Of a stretch of DNA of 64,000 nucleotides, positions 1-10,194 are shown piece after piece. The position numbers and the translations under genes were made by a program. Source of the DNA: Escherichia phage BME3; the sequence record PP239276.1; one strand, written 5' to 3'. Numbering within the stretch: position 1 is the first letter of the stretch; each line of letters starts with the position of its first letter. The notes beneath the pieces are model-generated. The model was not told where the DNA came from and made no database searches. It worked only from the letters and a program-made list of their open reading frames with translations.

Positions 1-1039
1 CATACACAATAGTCTGGAATGTCATAGCTGGAGCATGTTCCTGATCGTGTAGTGTAGGGTTATCATAAATCTTAACCTTTGTCACGCCATCTGTCAGTAA
101 TAGAGCTTTAACAATAGCAGCACGAGTAGCAGCATTAGCTTCATCCATGTTATCATTGAAACGAGAACGGAATTCTGCATCTGTTTCAACATCTGTACCT
201 GGAGAGAACGGATAGAAGTTACCTGTATCTAAAAAGCCTGTAAACGTTGAAGAAATACCTGTAATACTTTCTGTACCTACTGGATTGTAGCCAACGTCTG
301 AACACGTAACTGGAATTTCACTCCATTTTGTACCAATTGCAATAGATGCATAAAATTTTACTGGTGTTACTAGACCTATTGGGTTAACATTATCTTCTGG
401 ATTATAACCCATGTAAACATTACTAGCATCATTCCATACTAAAGCACGATCTGTTGTTGATACGTTAGCTTTAATGAAATTCGTGAGATCTACAATAAAG
501 TTTGTATTGCTAGGACTTAGTGTTTTACTGTTAAGCCCACCATCAATAGCACTTTGAATGTAGAAAGTAATGGAAGTTTCACCAGAAGCTGTTGCGTTTG
601 CTTTAGAAATGGTATATGCTCCAATCTTAGCATTCAACATTGTCGGTGCACTGACATAATATGTCAAATCGTTATCGGCATTAAAATAAACATCTGTGCT
701 TAGTTCATAAGTCCAAGCTGCCTTATTGTTAGATTTAACATAAGCATAACCACTACCAGCAGAAGCAGCTTTACGATAAAAACCTCTTTTAGAGAAGATT
801 TCATCAAGGTAAATACCTTCTGCACCATCTAAGGTTTGGGTATTGTAAACACCTTGCATACCTTCCCAAAGGGTGTAATCTGTATATGCAATAATACGAA
901 ACAGTTGACCAAAGACAGTATCTTCAGATGTAGCTGTATCTGCACCGAAAGTGTTTTTCAATGCTGTCATATAATTATTTAAAATATCATCAAACGTTGG
1001 AATTACAAAACCAGCATCTGTTAAACCATAATCTGCCAT
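1..1039 (-). CDS. baseplate J-like protein, N-terminal part (gene continues beyond window start)
   Basis: Open minus-strand frame from ATG at 1037-1039 to the window edge (MADYGLTDAGFVIPTFDDILNNYMTAL...); TAATG 1-nt overlap with the upstream gene; absent from ORF track because truncated; N-terminal pattern resembles baseplate J/gp6-type proteins. Confidence 0.4.
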   Translation of the reverse strand, partial: MADYGLTDAGFVIPTFDDILNNYMTALKNTFGADTATSEDTVFGQLFRIIAYTDYTLWEGMQGVYNTQTLDGAEGIYLDEIFSKRGFYRKAASAGSGYAYVKSNNKAAWTYELSTDVYFNADNDLTYYVSAPTMLNAKIGAYTISKANATASGETSITFYIQSAIDGGLNSKTLSPSNTNFIVDLTNFIKANVSTTDRALVWNDASNVYMGYNPEDNVNPIGLVTPVKFYASIAIGTKWSEIPVTCSDVGYNPVGTESITGISSTFTGFLDTGNFYPFSPGTDVETDAEFRSRFNDNMDEANAATRAAIVKALLLTDGVTKVKIYDNPTLHDQEHAPAMTFQTIVY

Positions 1040-1284
1040 TAGTTATCCTCCTTATCAGGGGCAGGTGATCTGCCCCAACGTAAATCTATTAAATTCTTCA
1101 TTAGTCTGGATGGTGTGATCATAAAAACAAAAGCCCAGCCCATCCATTCAGGAATTTCTTTATCAATTCCCAAATAAATAAACATACTGGACATAACAAT
1201 CATACCAATAGCATTCCAAACTTTAGTAGAACTGACTTTATTATCAGGATATGTACAAAACATACCTATTAAAAATTTTCTCAT
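1039..1284 (-). CDS. small membrane protein (two hydrophobic helices)
   Basis: 81-aa ORF with segments AIGMIVMSSMFIYLGI and WMGWAFVFMI; translationally coupled to neighbours. Confidence 0.4.
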   Translation of the reverse strand: MRKFLIGMFCTYPDNKVSSTKVWNAIGMIVMSSMFIYLGIDKEIPEWMGWAFVFMITPSRLMKNLIDLRWGRSPAPDKEDN

Positions 1285-1589
1285 GGTGCGTTCTCATTAC
1301 TTTTTAAATCACGATATACAGCTAATTCCCCAAGGTCTACAGAACCCGCTGAATGCACAAGTACAGCAGCACTAAGACTAATGGCAGTAGTACCTGGGGC
1401 AATATCAGCAGGTAGGGAATACGCCCTTTGCGTCTCCTTGTCATAGATAACCTTATACCCACCCAAATCCACACCAACTGAGAAGTAAACAACCTCAGAT
1501 TGTTTAACTCCAAAGTGACGGGCTACTGCTTGTTTATTGGTTAAGATTCCGGTTGAACCTTTACCACCTTGGGAGAACATTTCGTTCAT
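1281..1589 (-). CDS. hypothetical protein
   Basis: 102-aa ORF, 4-nt overlap with downstream gene. Confidence 0.4.
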   Translation of the reverse strand: MNEMFSQGGKGSTGILTNKQAVARHFGVKQSEVVYFSVGVDLGGYKVIYDKETQRAYSLPADIAPGTTAISLSAAVLVHSAGSVDLGELAVYRDLKSNENAP

Positions 1590-1607
1590 AACAACCTGTT
1601 TATTTTT

Positions 1608-1632
1608 CTAAAAAACCCCGCCAAAGCGGGGG
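1608..1632 (-). terminator. rho-independent terminator after tailspike gene
   Basis: GC hairpin CCCCGC-caaa-GCGGGG followed on the minus strand by TTTTTT, directly after the stop at 1639. Confidence 0.5.
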
Positions 1633-1638
1633 TTAGTT

Positions 1639-3297
1639 TTACACGTAAGCACTCTCGAACTTACAGAACCAAGTCGTTCCTTCATCAGTTGTTGACAACC
1701 TAAAAACTTGTGTTCCAGCTGCTGTCAAAGATGGGGTACTGCTTGCTAATTTAACATTTTCACCAAATGTTATTGTTTTAGATGTTGTTGAATAGACAGC
1801 CAAAAGAACCTCAACATAACCAGTTAGTGTATTTGTTAATACTGCTGGAGTTATTGTTACATCCCCTGTAACTGTAGCTGCGATGTAAGATGCGTCTGAA
1901 AAGTCAGGCGCATAACTTGCTGTTGGCGTCTCGAACTTTGTACTTCTTACCAATACAGGAACTCCAACATTTTTCCTGAAAATTGTACTATTGCAAACCA
2001 TATCATACTCTATACCAACAAAATTCTTAGCTGCGAGTATGTTAGTAAATGTCTGATCCACAGAGTAAATATGAGTTATCAGCCTTGCCACCCATGCTGG
2101 TGAGTTTGAGTTTTCACACTCAATGAATGAGCAATTGCTACTGCCAACGGCGAATGGCATTAGTGATGCCGCATATGCAGATAACCCTGCGTCATTAAAC
2201 GCATTCATATTCACAAACGTCTGGCATTGAGAGAACGTATTACCGGTGGCTCCACCATCAATAAAAAAGCCAATCCCGCCGTTAATATAACCATCTAAAG
2301 CATCCAAATTTGCTTTCGTATAATCCCATTTTGACGGTGAATCAGCAAAGCACTGATTGAAGGAATTGTTTATTGAGTTCTGTACAACAAAGCAGCATTT
2401 CATCCTTGAGTTCTGGTCAGTGACTGTATCGTCATACATGCCCCAGTTGTGCACCTTACTAATTCTGTTATTGCCACCACCACGAACCCAGGTACCAAAT
2501 CGGAAATAACGACCTTCACCCATGCTAACCTGATGATCGCTACCTTCAACAATGTGGGCTGTGCAGAGCGGATTGGTTGGTTTTAATACACCAACAGCAT
2601 AAAACTTCAATAGGTGCACACCCATGCCGCCAGCAATATGGATGCCATGACCATCAACGTTGGCTACGTAAATGCCATCTAACTTGTTAGCATAGCCATC
2701 GGATATCTTAAACCCATTAACAGTTTTTGCACGGGCATCAATTAATAAGTTGCTGATATGCCCAGCGTATTGATTACCCATCCCTTTATCGCATTTAACA
2801 GCATAGCCAGAGGAGTCTGCGGCGAAGTCGTCGGTGAGGTACACCCCACCGAAACCAGCATCAATGCTAACATCTCCGTGAATGTGCAGTGTCGTACTGA
2901 TAGGATATTTCTTCCCATTCAGCCTGATAACTTTGCTTACAGTGTTAGGTTGTAGCCAGTCAGGATGGTTAGCAGCACTACTTGGTGCATGTTCTAAACC
3001 TGTTAAAGCTGCCGCAGCATCAATCGCATCCTGTAATGATGGATACATATCCGGGTTGACATTTATAATTTTCTTAAGCGCATTGCCAACAGTACCAGTT
3101 TCGTAATCAATTGACTTATCAAAACCTGAAAAACCTGCTCCATCTGTATCTTTCAACTGGGTGGCTAAAACCACCCCAGTGTCAGTAAGAAAGTTGGAAA
3201 CTGTGCTTTTAACAGTCTTATCAGGTTGGTCTAAAACCAGGTAATCAGAACCATTAACTTTTGATGTTTCGGGTAAATTAGTAATTGTAGTTGACAT
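1639..3297 (-). CDS. tailspike / tail fibre protein with beta-helix-like repeats (possible depolymerase)
   Basis: 552-aa ORF; Gly/Asn/Asp-rich repetitive middle region (HIHGDVSIDAGFGGVYL, GHGIHIAGGMGVH) typical of right-handed beta-helix tailspikes. Confidence 0.5.
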   Translation of the reverse strand: MSTTITNLPETSKVNGSDYLVLDQPDKTVKSTVSNFLTDTGVVLATQLKDTDGAGFSGFDKSIDYETGTVGNALKKIINVNPDMYPSLQDAIDAAAALTGLEHAPSSAANHPDWLQPNTVSKVIRLNGKKYPISTTLHIHGDVSIDAGFGGVYLTDDFAADSSGYAVKCDKGMGNQYAGHISNLLIDARAKTVNGFKISDGYANKLDGIYVANVDGHGIHIAGGMGVHLLKFYAVGVLKPTNPLCTAHIVEGSDHQVSMGEGRYFRFGTWVRGGGNNRISKVHNWGMYDDTVTDQNSRMKCCFVVQNSINNSFNQCFADSPSKWDYTKANLDALDGYINGGIGFFIDGGATGNTFSQCQTFVNMNAFNDAGLSAYAASLMPFAVGSSNCSFIECENSNSPAWVARLITHIYSVDQTFTNILAAKNFVGIEYDMVCNSTIFRKNVGVPVLVRSTKFETPTASYAPDFSDASYIAATVTGDVTITPAVLTNTLTGYVEVLLAVYSTTSKTITFGENVKLASSTPSLTAAGTQVFRLSTTDEGTTWFCKFESAYV

Positions 3298-3305
3298 TTT
3301 TACTC

Positions 3306-5465
3306 CTATATATAAAATTTTTGTGTTGTTACTAAATCTTCTCCAGATTTAGTGGCTAATGTAATTCCACTTATAGTGGCAATCTCAACATTTACCTGTT
3401 TAAGAGTGATATCTTGCAAGTAGCAATTCAAAGGCACATTACCCATATAAAACACTTGGGATTTTGAATTAAGAACAGTTATTGAATCATGCATTATTTG
3501 TGGGTAAGCCCATATGTATTGATATAAACCAACAAACTTCTGGTCATTCAATACAATATTGCCTATAATCATTTTCCACAAATATGTTCTATAGTTTGAT
3601 TCAGGATCAAAGCCATATAATGGTGCTAGAGTTGCATCTGGAACAAACCCTGCAAGATAATGTATCTTATCGTAACTAAAACCTAGTTGCTCATTAGGTA
3701 TTGTGATAGCGTCGAAAGATTTTTCCATCTTACCTTCCAACAACCAGTCATAACATTCTGAACAATAAAAGTCAAAGTTCTCTGGGATATAATAATCTTT
3801 AGGGAAGTTAACAAACTCCATCATACCATTACCCAAAATGGATGGCACAAATGGTAACAATGTAACTTTAGCTCCAGGATATGCTAATCTGGTATCTGTT
3901 GCAAATTTAGCAACACGCAGTCCTAATGTTTTAGATAGGAATGCATAATATTCATCATATGGTGTACCAGTTTTATAATTTTTAACTGTACCAACATCTT
4001 GTGCATACAATCCAGTTTCATTATTAAATGCAACTTTGGTTGCATAATCATAAATACACGGCAGATTGGTAGCTGTGTTATACCACCACCACGGTTCACC
4101 AACCTGAATAATAACCGGAAGATCATTAGCAGCGGATATAGAAGCTATCTTATTTATTACACCTTGTAAATAATTCATCCCTTCATCAATTGAAGGAGAT
4201 AAAACATAACTTGGTGGCTCATAACCTGTAGCAGCCAGATCATCATTCCAAGTATGTTGTACCCATTCCACAGGACACACTGTACTCATAATTTCAAAAC
4301 TTAAGGAGTTCATTACTGTGTAGCCCATAGCTTTTGCATTAGCGTGGAAATTATCAAACCAGGCTTCTGTTGCTGGGTTTAAATATTCTGTTCTGTTCAA
4401 AGCCCATTTATTAGAACCAGCATCCCAACTAAATTGATAATAGTGTGACATACCATTATAATGGTTAATCATATCCCTATAACCTAATCTATAGGTGTTG
4501 GAAATAACTCGCTCTGGGGTCAGGTTATACATATCATCATAAGATGTGCACATTCTTATGGTGTGTGCTGGAACATTTAAATTACCCATATTCATCATAC
4601 TGTAACCAGTATCAGGCTCTAGTATGGTAAACTTAAAGGAAAGATCCATATTGTCTACAGGTATAACATCTTCAATTTCTTGATACCTTGCGGAGATCAA
4701 GGAGAAGAACATGTTATCTATCTGTGTAGTGTCAACAACAATATCATTTTCTGGCCCAGATTTTAAATTTGAGAAATCTAATTTGATTATTGCTGTTTTA
4801 CCGTCCTCTGAAACTTCTTCTGCATAAAAGTTTAGAGATACATAATGAACTGTTTCATCCTTCAGTGTCACTGTTAAGGATGGCAATAATTTTTCTTCTT
4901 TTAATCCAGGAACACCTTGACTAAGTTCCATTTTAAACCAAAGTTTCTCTTTACTTAAGTCAGAATGTTCTTGGTAGCCTAATCCTTTGTGATCATATTT
5001 ATCGTAAGTTGACCAAATAATCCCAGCAAGACCAGCCACTGTCCTATTAACCATTCTTGCTGTGAAAGAATCACCATTAGAGATAATAGAACAACTTTCT
5101 GTTGCTTGAGAATCTATTGTCCAAAACTTAGGATCAAACATTCTAGACTTCACAACAGGCCAAGTTAGCGGGGTCGTATTCGATTGATTAGTCGTAATAA
5201 CACAACGAATTTCTTCATTGATCATCATGTTATTTTGACTTATGCTAGTAATCTCAAGAGTAAAATAAAGATCTAAAGAGTTTGCCGGACGTTCATATAC
5301 ATCAACCACTACAGTAGCAGAATCTGCATCAGAAGGGAACGTTACTGTTCCCTGTTTAGCTACATAATCTCTACCAGCGACCGCCGTTCCATCGACGGTC
5401 TTATAGCTGAATGAACTGGCATTTACTCTCGTATTTCGAGTTACAGTAAAAATAGCCTGTTTCAT
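3306..5465 (-). CDS. tail fibre / receptor-binding protein (putative)
   Basis: 719-aa ORF in the tail-fibre block, Trp/Tyr/Asn-rich. Confidence 0.4.
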   Translation of the reverse strand: MKQAIFTVTRNTRVNASSFSYKTVDGTAVAGRDYVAKQGTVTFPSDADSATVVVDVYERPANSLDLYFTLEITSISQNNMMINEEIRCVITTNQSNTTPLTWPVVKSRMFDPKFWTIDSQATESCSIISNGDSFTARMVNRTVAGLAGIIWSTYDKYDHKGLGYQEHSDLSKEKLWFKMELSQGVPGLKEEKLLPSLTVTLKDETVHYVSLNFYAEEVSEDGKTAIIKLDFSNLKSGPENDIVVDTTQIDNMFFSLISARYQEIEDVIPVDNMDLSFKFTILEPDTGYSMMNMGNLNVPAHTIRMCTSYDDMYNLTPERVISNTYRLGYRDMINHYNGMSHYYQFSWDAGSNKWALNRTEYLNPATEAWFDNFHANAKAMGYTVMNSLSFEIMSTVCPVEWVQHTWNDDLAATGYEPPSYVLSPSIDEGMNYLQGVINKIASISAANDLPVIIQVGEPWWWYNTATNLPCIYDYATKVAFNNETGLYAQDVGTVKNYKTGTPYDEYYAFLSKTLGLRVAKFATDTRLAYPGAKVTLLPFVPSILGNGMMEFVNFPKDYYIPENFDFYCSECYDWLLEGKMEKSFDAITIPNEQLGFSYDKIHYLAGFVPDATLAPLYGFDPESNYRTYLWKMIIGNIVLNDQKFVGLYQYIWAYPQIMHDSITVLNSKSQVFYMGNVPLNCYLQDITLKQVNVEIATISGITLATKSGEDLVTTQKFYI

Positions 5466-5473
5466 TATTTTCC

Positions 5474-8350
5474 TTATTTGGTTACATCAACACTAATATC
5501 ATTCATAGTTAGAACAGTTAGTGTTGGTATGTTACTATTATCCAAAATTGGTAAAGCGTTTTGAGGGTTTAGTTTACGATACAAGGCATATAAACCAAAA
5601 CCACGTAATAGTTCTCCAGCATGGAAACCAAAGAACATTCCGTTATCTGAATCTGGGCGTGGTGCAACACTCCAGGAACCATTCATCGGATGGTTAGGGG
5701 AGAGCACAATATAGTTTTGCTGAATCAGATCAAAACATCTGTCTGCTACAATACCAATGTTTGGAATTTGTGAATCATAACCTGCCAAACCCATGATTGA
5801 ACAACCAGCCATAAACAGTGCAGACATATGACTAGTAAAGTCATCTATAGGTGCAAGAACTGTACCATCTGGGTTAAAGATAGTTGGTGTTCTTCCGTCA
5901 TTATTGTCTTGGAACCATTTAAGATAGTTGATCCAATTTTTACAAACTGTTACTAGTTTTTCAGGAGGTGTTTCTCCTCTTTGTACAAGTTCGTATACAG
6001 CATGACAAGCACAGTAGAATGCACGAGCTTCATAACCATCCCACGCTTTTTCATTCCAGTGTTTCATAGTAAACGTATTAGGTTCACCGTATTTTCTTGC
6101 ATCCCAACGATCCCACACATATGCTTGTGCCATAGGCCCAGGCATCACAGGATCAAACGTGTTATAAAACCACATTTGAGCATCATACAAGAAATCAATA
6201 CTGTTGTTTAAACGTGTCCAATCAATATCCCTACCTGCGAAACAGTATAAGGAAGGATACTGGTATCCTGGGTATGGAATACCACGCCATCCATCGTATA
6301 ATGCAGTGTTTGGGTCACTGATATTAGAGAATGGAATTATTCCTGGTGTGTAATTAAGACTATTTAACTTATAGTCAATAATAGTACAATCACCTAACTT
6401 AGCAGTATGAGGACTTGAAGCCTGTACAGTAATACGGAAGTACATGGTATAATCATCACCAGAAGATGACGAATATCTTTCAGGTACATCGTTAATACAA
6501 TAGAAATCTATTGTTCCTGTTAAACCATTGACAGGAGCCGTATCAAGAACTAAATTTACCTGATCTACCGCAGTAAGATTTATGGCTGAAGGTTTAGGAT
6601 CTGTATCTGGATGATTAGGCTGGTAAGCACTTAACTTAAAATCAGAAGCTGATAAAGTCTTCGTGCTCCATGCCCCTTGCGTTTTAGGCAGCATAGCCCA
6701 CCATCTCCAACCTTGAGCATCCGTGATAGTCATGTTAAAGTCATCTTCATATGTTCTATATGTGATAGACTTAACATTAGCTTTTGATGTAGGAGTTAAC
6801 CAAAAACCAACAGTGATACCACCATCCGTATCCATTGATGCAGTAACAATCTGGTCATTATTAGTTCCAGCAATACCTGTTACATACTTATATTGTACCA
6901 CAGTATTGTCACCCCAGTCAACAATAATTCGCGGGTCTGCTATAATATATGTTCCACCATTCGGAGGGGTGCTTCTCATAAAGCTGGATAGTGGAATATC
7001 CATGCTTGTCATATTAGCTGTACCCAGTGGTAAGCCACAACGGTAAGTTACTGTGTTATTTTCATCTTTGGTCTTACTTAATTCCAACTCTGGACGGAAA
7101 AGAATACCATGTCCTGCGTCATCTACACCTTGAAACTGAACTCGTAACTTAGAGTTCTGATCAACTTTAAACCAAATGGCTTGCTGTTCTAATGTTGTTT
7201 GAGCAGCAACATCTTGTCTAATAACAATATAACCTAAAGTATCTCTTGAATATTTAGGTATTGCTGTAGATGGATACGAATAATCGTAAGAGATGCCATC
7301 TGTAAACGGAATAGTTGCATATGTAGATTTACGGAAGAATTTATCAAACATATCAATGTTTGAGTAATCTTGACACACTAACAGTGAAGACTGCCAGCAT
7401 AGCCAATATTTTCTTTCTCCTGTAATTTGGTACATCAGGTAATTAGCATCACACCACCAAGTTTCGGCATCTGACGCATTATCCTGAAAGCCCATTTCTA
7501 CCGGAACGTTAACTGGTCTGTTATGCCACATAGTGTTACGCTCCATTAAATAACCGCCGTGTTCAACAGGGTTACAAGTCGCGTAGTTAAATTTATATGT
7601 ACCGTTTACAGAAGTATTTTTTAGTTGAACTGTTCCGTATTGAGATGTTGGAAAACCTTCTTCTAAGATATTTCCATCCCAATCAACTTTACGTCCTAGA
7701 CGATCAATGATCCAATCAACGTCCCATTGATCTCCATTCTTAGACCAATCTGTTGTTCCATCTGCATTAACAGCATATACTGTAGCGTTTACAGAGTTCC
7801 ATCCTAGATTACCATTAAAAGCAAACCATGCTTTGTCAAGGTATTCTCCCCAATGAGGAGCACCATGAGGAATAACTGTTCTACCGTTAGTCCACGTCAT
7901 TAAGCTACCCTTAAAACCTCCGTGTGTAGGGTAGCCATCATCTGTAAGAGGATAGTGTGCAAGACGTGGTTCTTTACCGTTAATAATCCAGTTAGGGCGA
8001 TATTTTGCTGGCGGATCTGGGATAGGTTGACCACCAAAGAAGTAATCTATATAGGCTTGCCAATATTTTTTAGCAGAGTCTAAATACTTTGTATCGCCGG
8101 AAGCTAGGTATGCATAAGCGCAACCAAGAATAAGCACGGATTGACCTTCTGTTGTAGCATCCCCGTTTGGTTGCCCTTCTTGAGCAGTCCAGTTTATAAA
8201 GTGTCTGTTATTAGCTAGAACGTTTTGTGGGTTTAATACATAGTGTTGCACTGTAGGATCTACAGTTAAACCTGTATTACGATCTAAGAACTGAATATGT
8301 CCATCGATCAGTTGAAAAACATTGTCAATTCTGTGCTTAATTCTTGACAT
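5474..8350 (-). CDS. large tail-associated protein, possible glycoside-hydrolase-like domain
   Basis: 958-aa ORF, Trp-rich, N-terminal region GCAYAYLASGDTKYLDSAKKYW; adjacent to baseplate genes. Confidence 0.4.
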   Translation of the reverse strand: MSRIKHRIDNVFQLIDGHIQFLDRNTGLTVDPTVQHYVLNPQNVLANNRHFINWTAQEGQPNGDATTEGQSVLILGCAYAYLASGDTKYLDSAKKYWQAYIDYFFGGQPIPDPPAKYRPNWIINGKEPRLAHYPLTDDGYPTHGGFKGSLMTWTNGRTVIPHGAPHWGEYLDKAWFAFNGNLGWNSVNATVYAVNADGTTDWSKNGDQWDVDWIIDRLGRKVDWDGNILEEGFPTSQYGTVQLKNTSVNGTYKFNYATCNPVEHGGYLMERNTMWHNRPVNVPVEMGFQDNASDAETWWCDANYLMYQITGERKYWLCWQSSLLVCQDYSNIDMFDKFFRKSTYATIPFTDGISYDYSYPSTAIPKYSRDTLGYIVIRQDVAAQTTLEQQAIWFKVDQNSKLRVQFQGVDDAGHGILFRPELELSKTKDENNTVTYRCGLPLGTANMTSMDIPLSSFMRSTPPNGGTYIIADPRIIVDWGDNTVVQYKYVTGIAGTNNDQIVTASMDTDGGITVGFWLTPTSKANVKSITYRTYEDDFNMTITDAQGWRWWAMLPKTQGAWSTKTLSASDFKLSAYQPNHPDTDPKPSAINLTAVDQVNLVLDTAPVNGLTGTIDFYCINDVPERYSSSSGDDYTMYFRITVQASSPHTAKLGDCTIIDYKLNSLNYTPGIIPFSNISDPNTALYDGWRGIPYPGYQYPSLYCFAGRDIDWTRLNNSIDFLYDAQMWFYNTFDPVMPGPMAQAYVWDRWDARKYGEPNTFTMKHWNEKAWDGYEARAFYCACHAVYELVQRGETPPEKLVTVCKNWINYLKWFQDNNDGRTPTIFNPDGTVLAPIDDFTSHMSALFMAGCSIMGLAGYDSQIPNIGIVADRCFDLIQQNYIVLSPNHPMNGSWSVAPRPDSDNGMFFGFHAGELLRGFGLYALYRKLNPQNALPILDNSNIPTLTVLTMNDISVDVTK

Positions 8351-8823
8351 TAAATCACTCCTGCCATCACTAAACTACCTATCCAGGTAGCTCCATTATC
8401 ATAACTAACAAATTCAAAAATATCTGTAGCTCCCTGTTTATAACTCAAAACAGGAGCGCGACCAAAACTCCATTTAACAGATTGAGGCCACGTTACTTTA
8501 TTTGCTCCACTGCCTTGACGTAGGGATAGAGTAAAGTTTTGAACAATGTTAGTTGTAACTGGAACATTACTAAATGAAATACTGCAAGTTGGACTAGATA
8601 AAGTGGCAGAGAAATACTCTGCCGTGCTAATATCTAAAGCTAGGGTATTTGTAACAGTACCCCTTGCAGAAAGACGATTTCGTGTAACACCAGCACCCGC
8701 AAGAAGAACACGTAATGATGTTTTCTTAGTGATGCCTGATTGATCTGTTACAAAATAATCTGTGTCTGAAACAGATGTTGTTACAGGTAGATCAGACACC
8801 TTGATTGTAGTTAAATCAGCCAT
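8350..8823 (-). CDS. structural protein (tail/baseplate-associated)
   Basis: 157-aa ORF, overlaps neighbours by 1-8 nt. Confidence 0.35.
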   Translation of the reverse strand: MADLTTIKVSDLPVTTSVSDTDYFVTDQSGITKKTSLRVLLAGAGVTRNRLSARGTVTNTLALDISTAEYFSATLSSPTCSISFSNVPVTTNIVQNFTLSLRQGSGANKVTWPQSVKWSFGRAPVLSYKQGATDIFEFVSYDNGATWIGSLVMAGVI

Positions 8824-9451
8824 TATTATTTGTAGCTCCCATTGTTGCTGTTATAGCATAGTTGTAATTGGTTGCAAGACCTTTATTGGCTTCGTTAACA
8901 AGGTATTTTTCAAGCAATGCCTCGTTAGACCACTCATTCCACCAAGTAGAATAAGTATCTTTAGGAAGACCAACAATGTTAATAAAGCGATAGAGTCTAT
9001 TTGCAGATTCAACAATTTCAAATGCTTCACAAGTGATTGCTGCATTATCGTCACCAGCTTCTGGATAGATATATTCTTCAGACGGCTGTGTACTGAATAG
9101 AGCACTAACAACTTGTTCACCAACTGTAACAGTAACGTTCATTGAGTAATACCTATCATCTCTATCATAAGAGGATGTGTAGGAATTAATATTATCTATA
9201 TAAACATTACTTGCGATAGTTGATAAGAAAATGCGATCAACAATCTCTTTCTTCTTGGCAACACCAATAATCTCTTGCAGATATGGAACCCCAAAATTAG
9301 AATTGAGGAACCATTCTCCACGGAAAGTTCTAAGTGTTATTCCAAGCGTCTGTGCTGCAATTTCACTTTTAGTTGTGGTTAGTGTTAAATCACCATCCAC
9401 CATTACTAAATCGTTAGAACCATCAAGTTTTAAATCAAATGGTATTCCCAT
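8816..9451 (-). CDS. baseplate wedge protein, GpW/gp25-like N-terminal domain
   Basis: 211-aa ORF; TLRTFRGEWFLNSNFGVPY resembles the R-G-x-x-F...FG signature of gp25/GpW-type proteins. Confidence 0.4.
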   Translation of the reverse strand: MGIPFDLKLDGSNDLVMVDGDLTLTTTKSEIAAQTLGITLRTFRGEWFLNSNFGVPYLQEIIGVAKKKEIVDRIFLSTIASNVYIDNINSYTSSYDRDDRYYSMNVTVTVGEQVVSALFSTQPSEEYIYPEAGDDNAAITCEAFEIVESANRLYRFINIVGLPKDTYSTWWNEWSNEALLEKYLVNEANKGLATNYNYAITATMGATNNNG

Positions 9452-9454
9452 CTG

Positions 9455-10192
9455 TTAACCTCCATTTGGTTTGTCGGAAGTAACAGTGCTACCACCAGTT
9501 TCAACACCGCGTACAGGGTGTGTATGTGTGTGTAAACCAATGCCACCACTATCTTTCATACGACCGTCAGGTGTGATTGTTAAACCGTTTAAATTTACAG
9601 TACCACCTTTATATGTCATAGTCCCACCTTGTAGTGTAAGTTTTCCTCCTCCTGCATCAGTAAGAACGATACTGTTTGGTGTCATATCTATTTTCATACC
9701 TTGTGTGTTGTACACAGATATATTACCGTTAGGATCAAACGAAGCGTAAGTTTGCTTATTATTTGAGATAACAACTTTTTCAGAGTCTACTTCTTCAGAA
9801 GAATCTGTAGCTGTTGCTATCTTAGGAATAAAACAGGCTGGATACAAACCACAAGGTTGAATTAATGTTCCGCTGCTGGCTGTATCTCCGTCTGTCTGGA
9901 AAGCATTCGACGGATCTCTTTCTGAAAAGACAACAACACCAATATCTCCTGCTTTAATTGGAAATGAAATTCTACCTGTACCACCACCATTTACCATAAA
10001 AGGAACATCGTGGAATGTTGGGTAATCTATTTCATCTTCAGTAGATCTGGTGTTTTTTACAATAGATTCTAAAGTTACTGTCTTAGATCCATAATCTACA
10101 CCAATTACCCTTACAGGTAAAGATGTATGTACTTCCGCAACTTGCTCGTTGATTAATCCACGGATTGCTGTTACAAAATTTAAAGCATCCAT
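9455..10192 (-). CDS. baseplate central spike (gpV/gp5-like)
   Basis: 245-aa ORF; Gly-rich C-terminal repeats (GGTMTYKGGTVNLNG) ending in an HTHTHP motif as in metal-capped spike tips. Confidence 0.4.
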   Translation of the reverse strand: MDALNFVTAIRGLINEQVAEVHTSLPVRVIGVDYGSKTVTLESIVKNTRSTEDEIDYPTFHDVPFMVNGGGTGRISFPIKAGDIGVVVFSERDPSNAFQTDGDTASSGTLIQPCGLYPACFIPKIATATDSSEEVDSEKVVISNNKQTYASFDPNGNISVYNTQGMKIDMTPNSIVLTDAGGGKLTLQGGTMTYKGGTVNLNGLTITPDGRMKDSGGIGLHTHTHPVRGVETGGSTVTSDKPNGG

Positions 10193-10194
10193 TT

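Noticed and set aside
2758-3106. Plus-strand ORFs 2758..2955 and 2882..3106 inside the tailspike gene
   Set aside because: Antisense to a long, well-supported minus-strand gene, with no RBS and low-complexity translations; treated as spurious. The same applies to other short antisense ORFs in the track (3923..4126, 5981..6211, 6723..7046, 8546..9100, 9231..9749, 10319..10534, 10997..11188, 12310..13595, 16191..16500, 18664..19073, 19859..21176, 21589..21831, 22484..22942, 23945..24497, 24955..25399, 32156..32814, 34060..34410).
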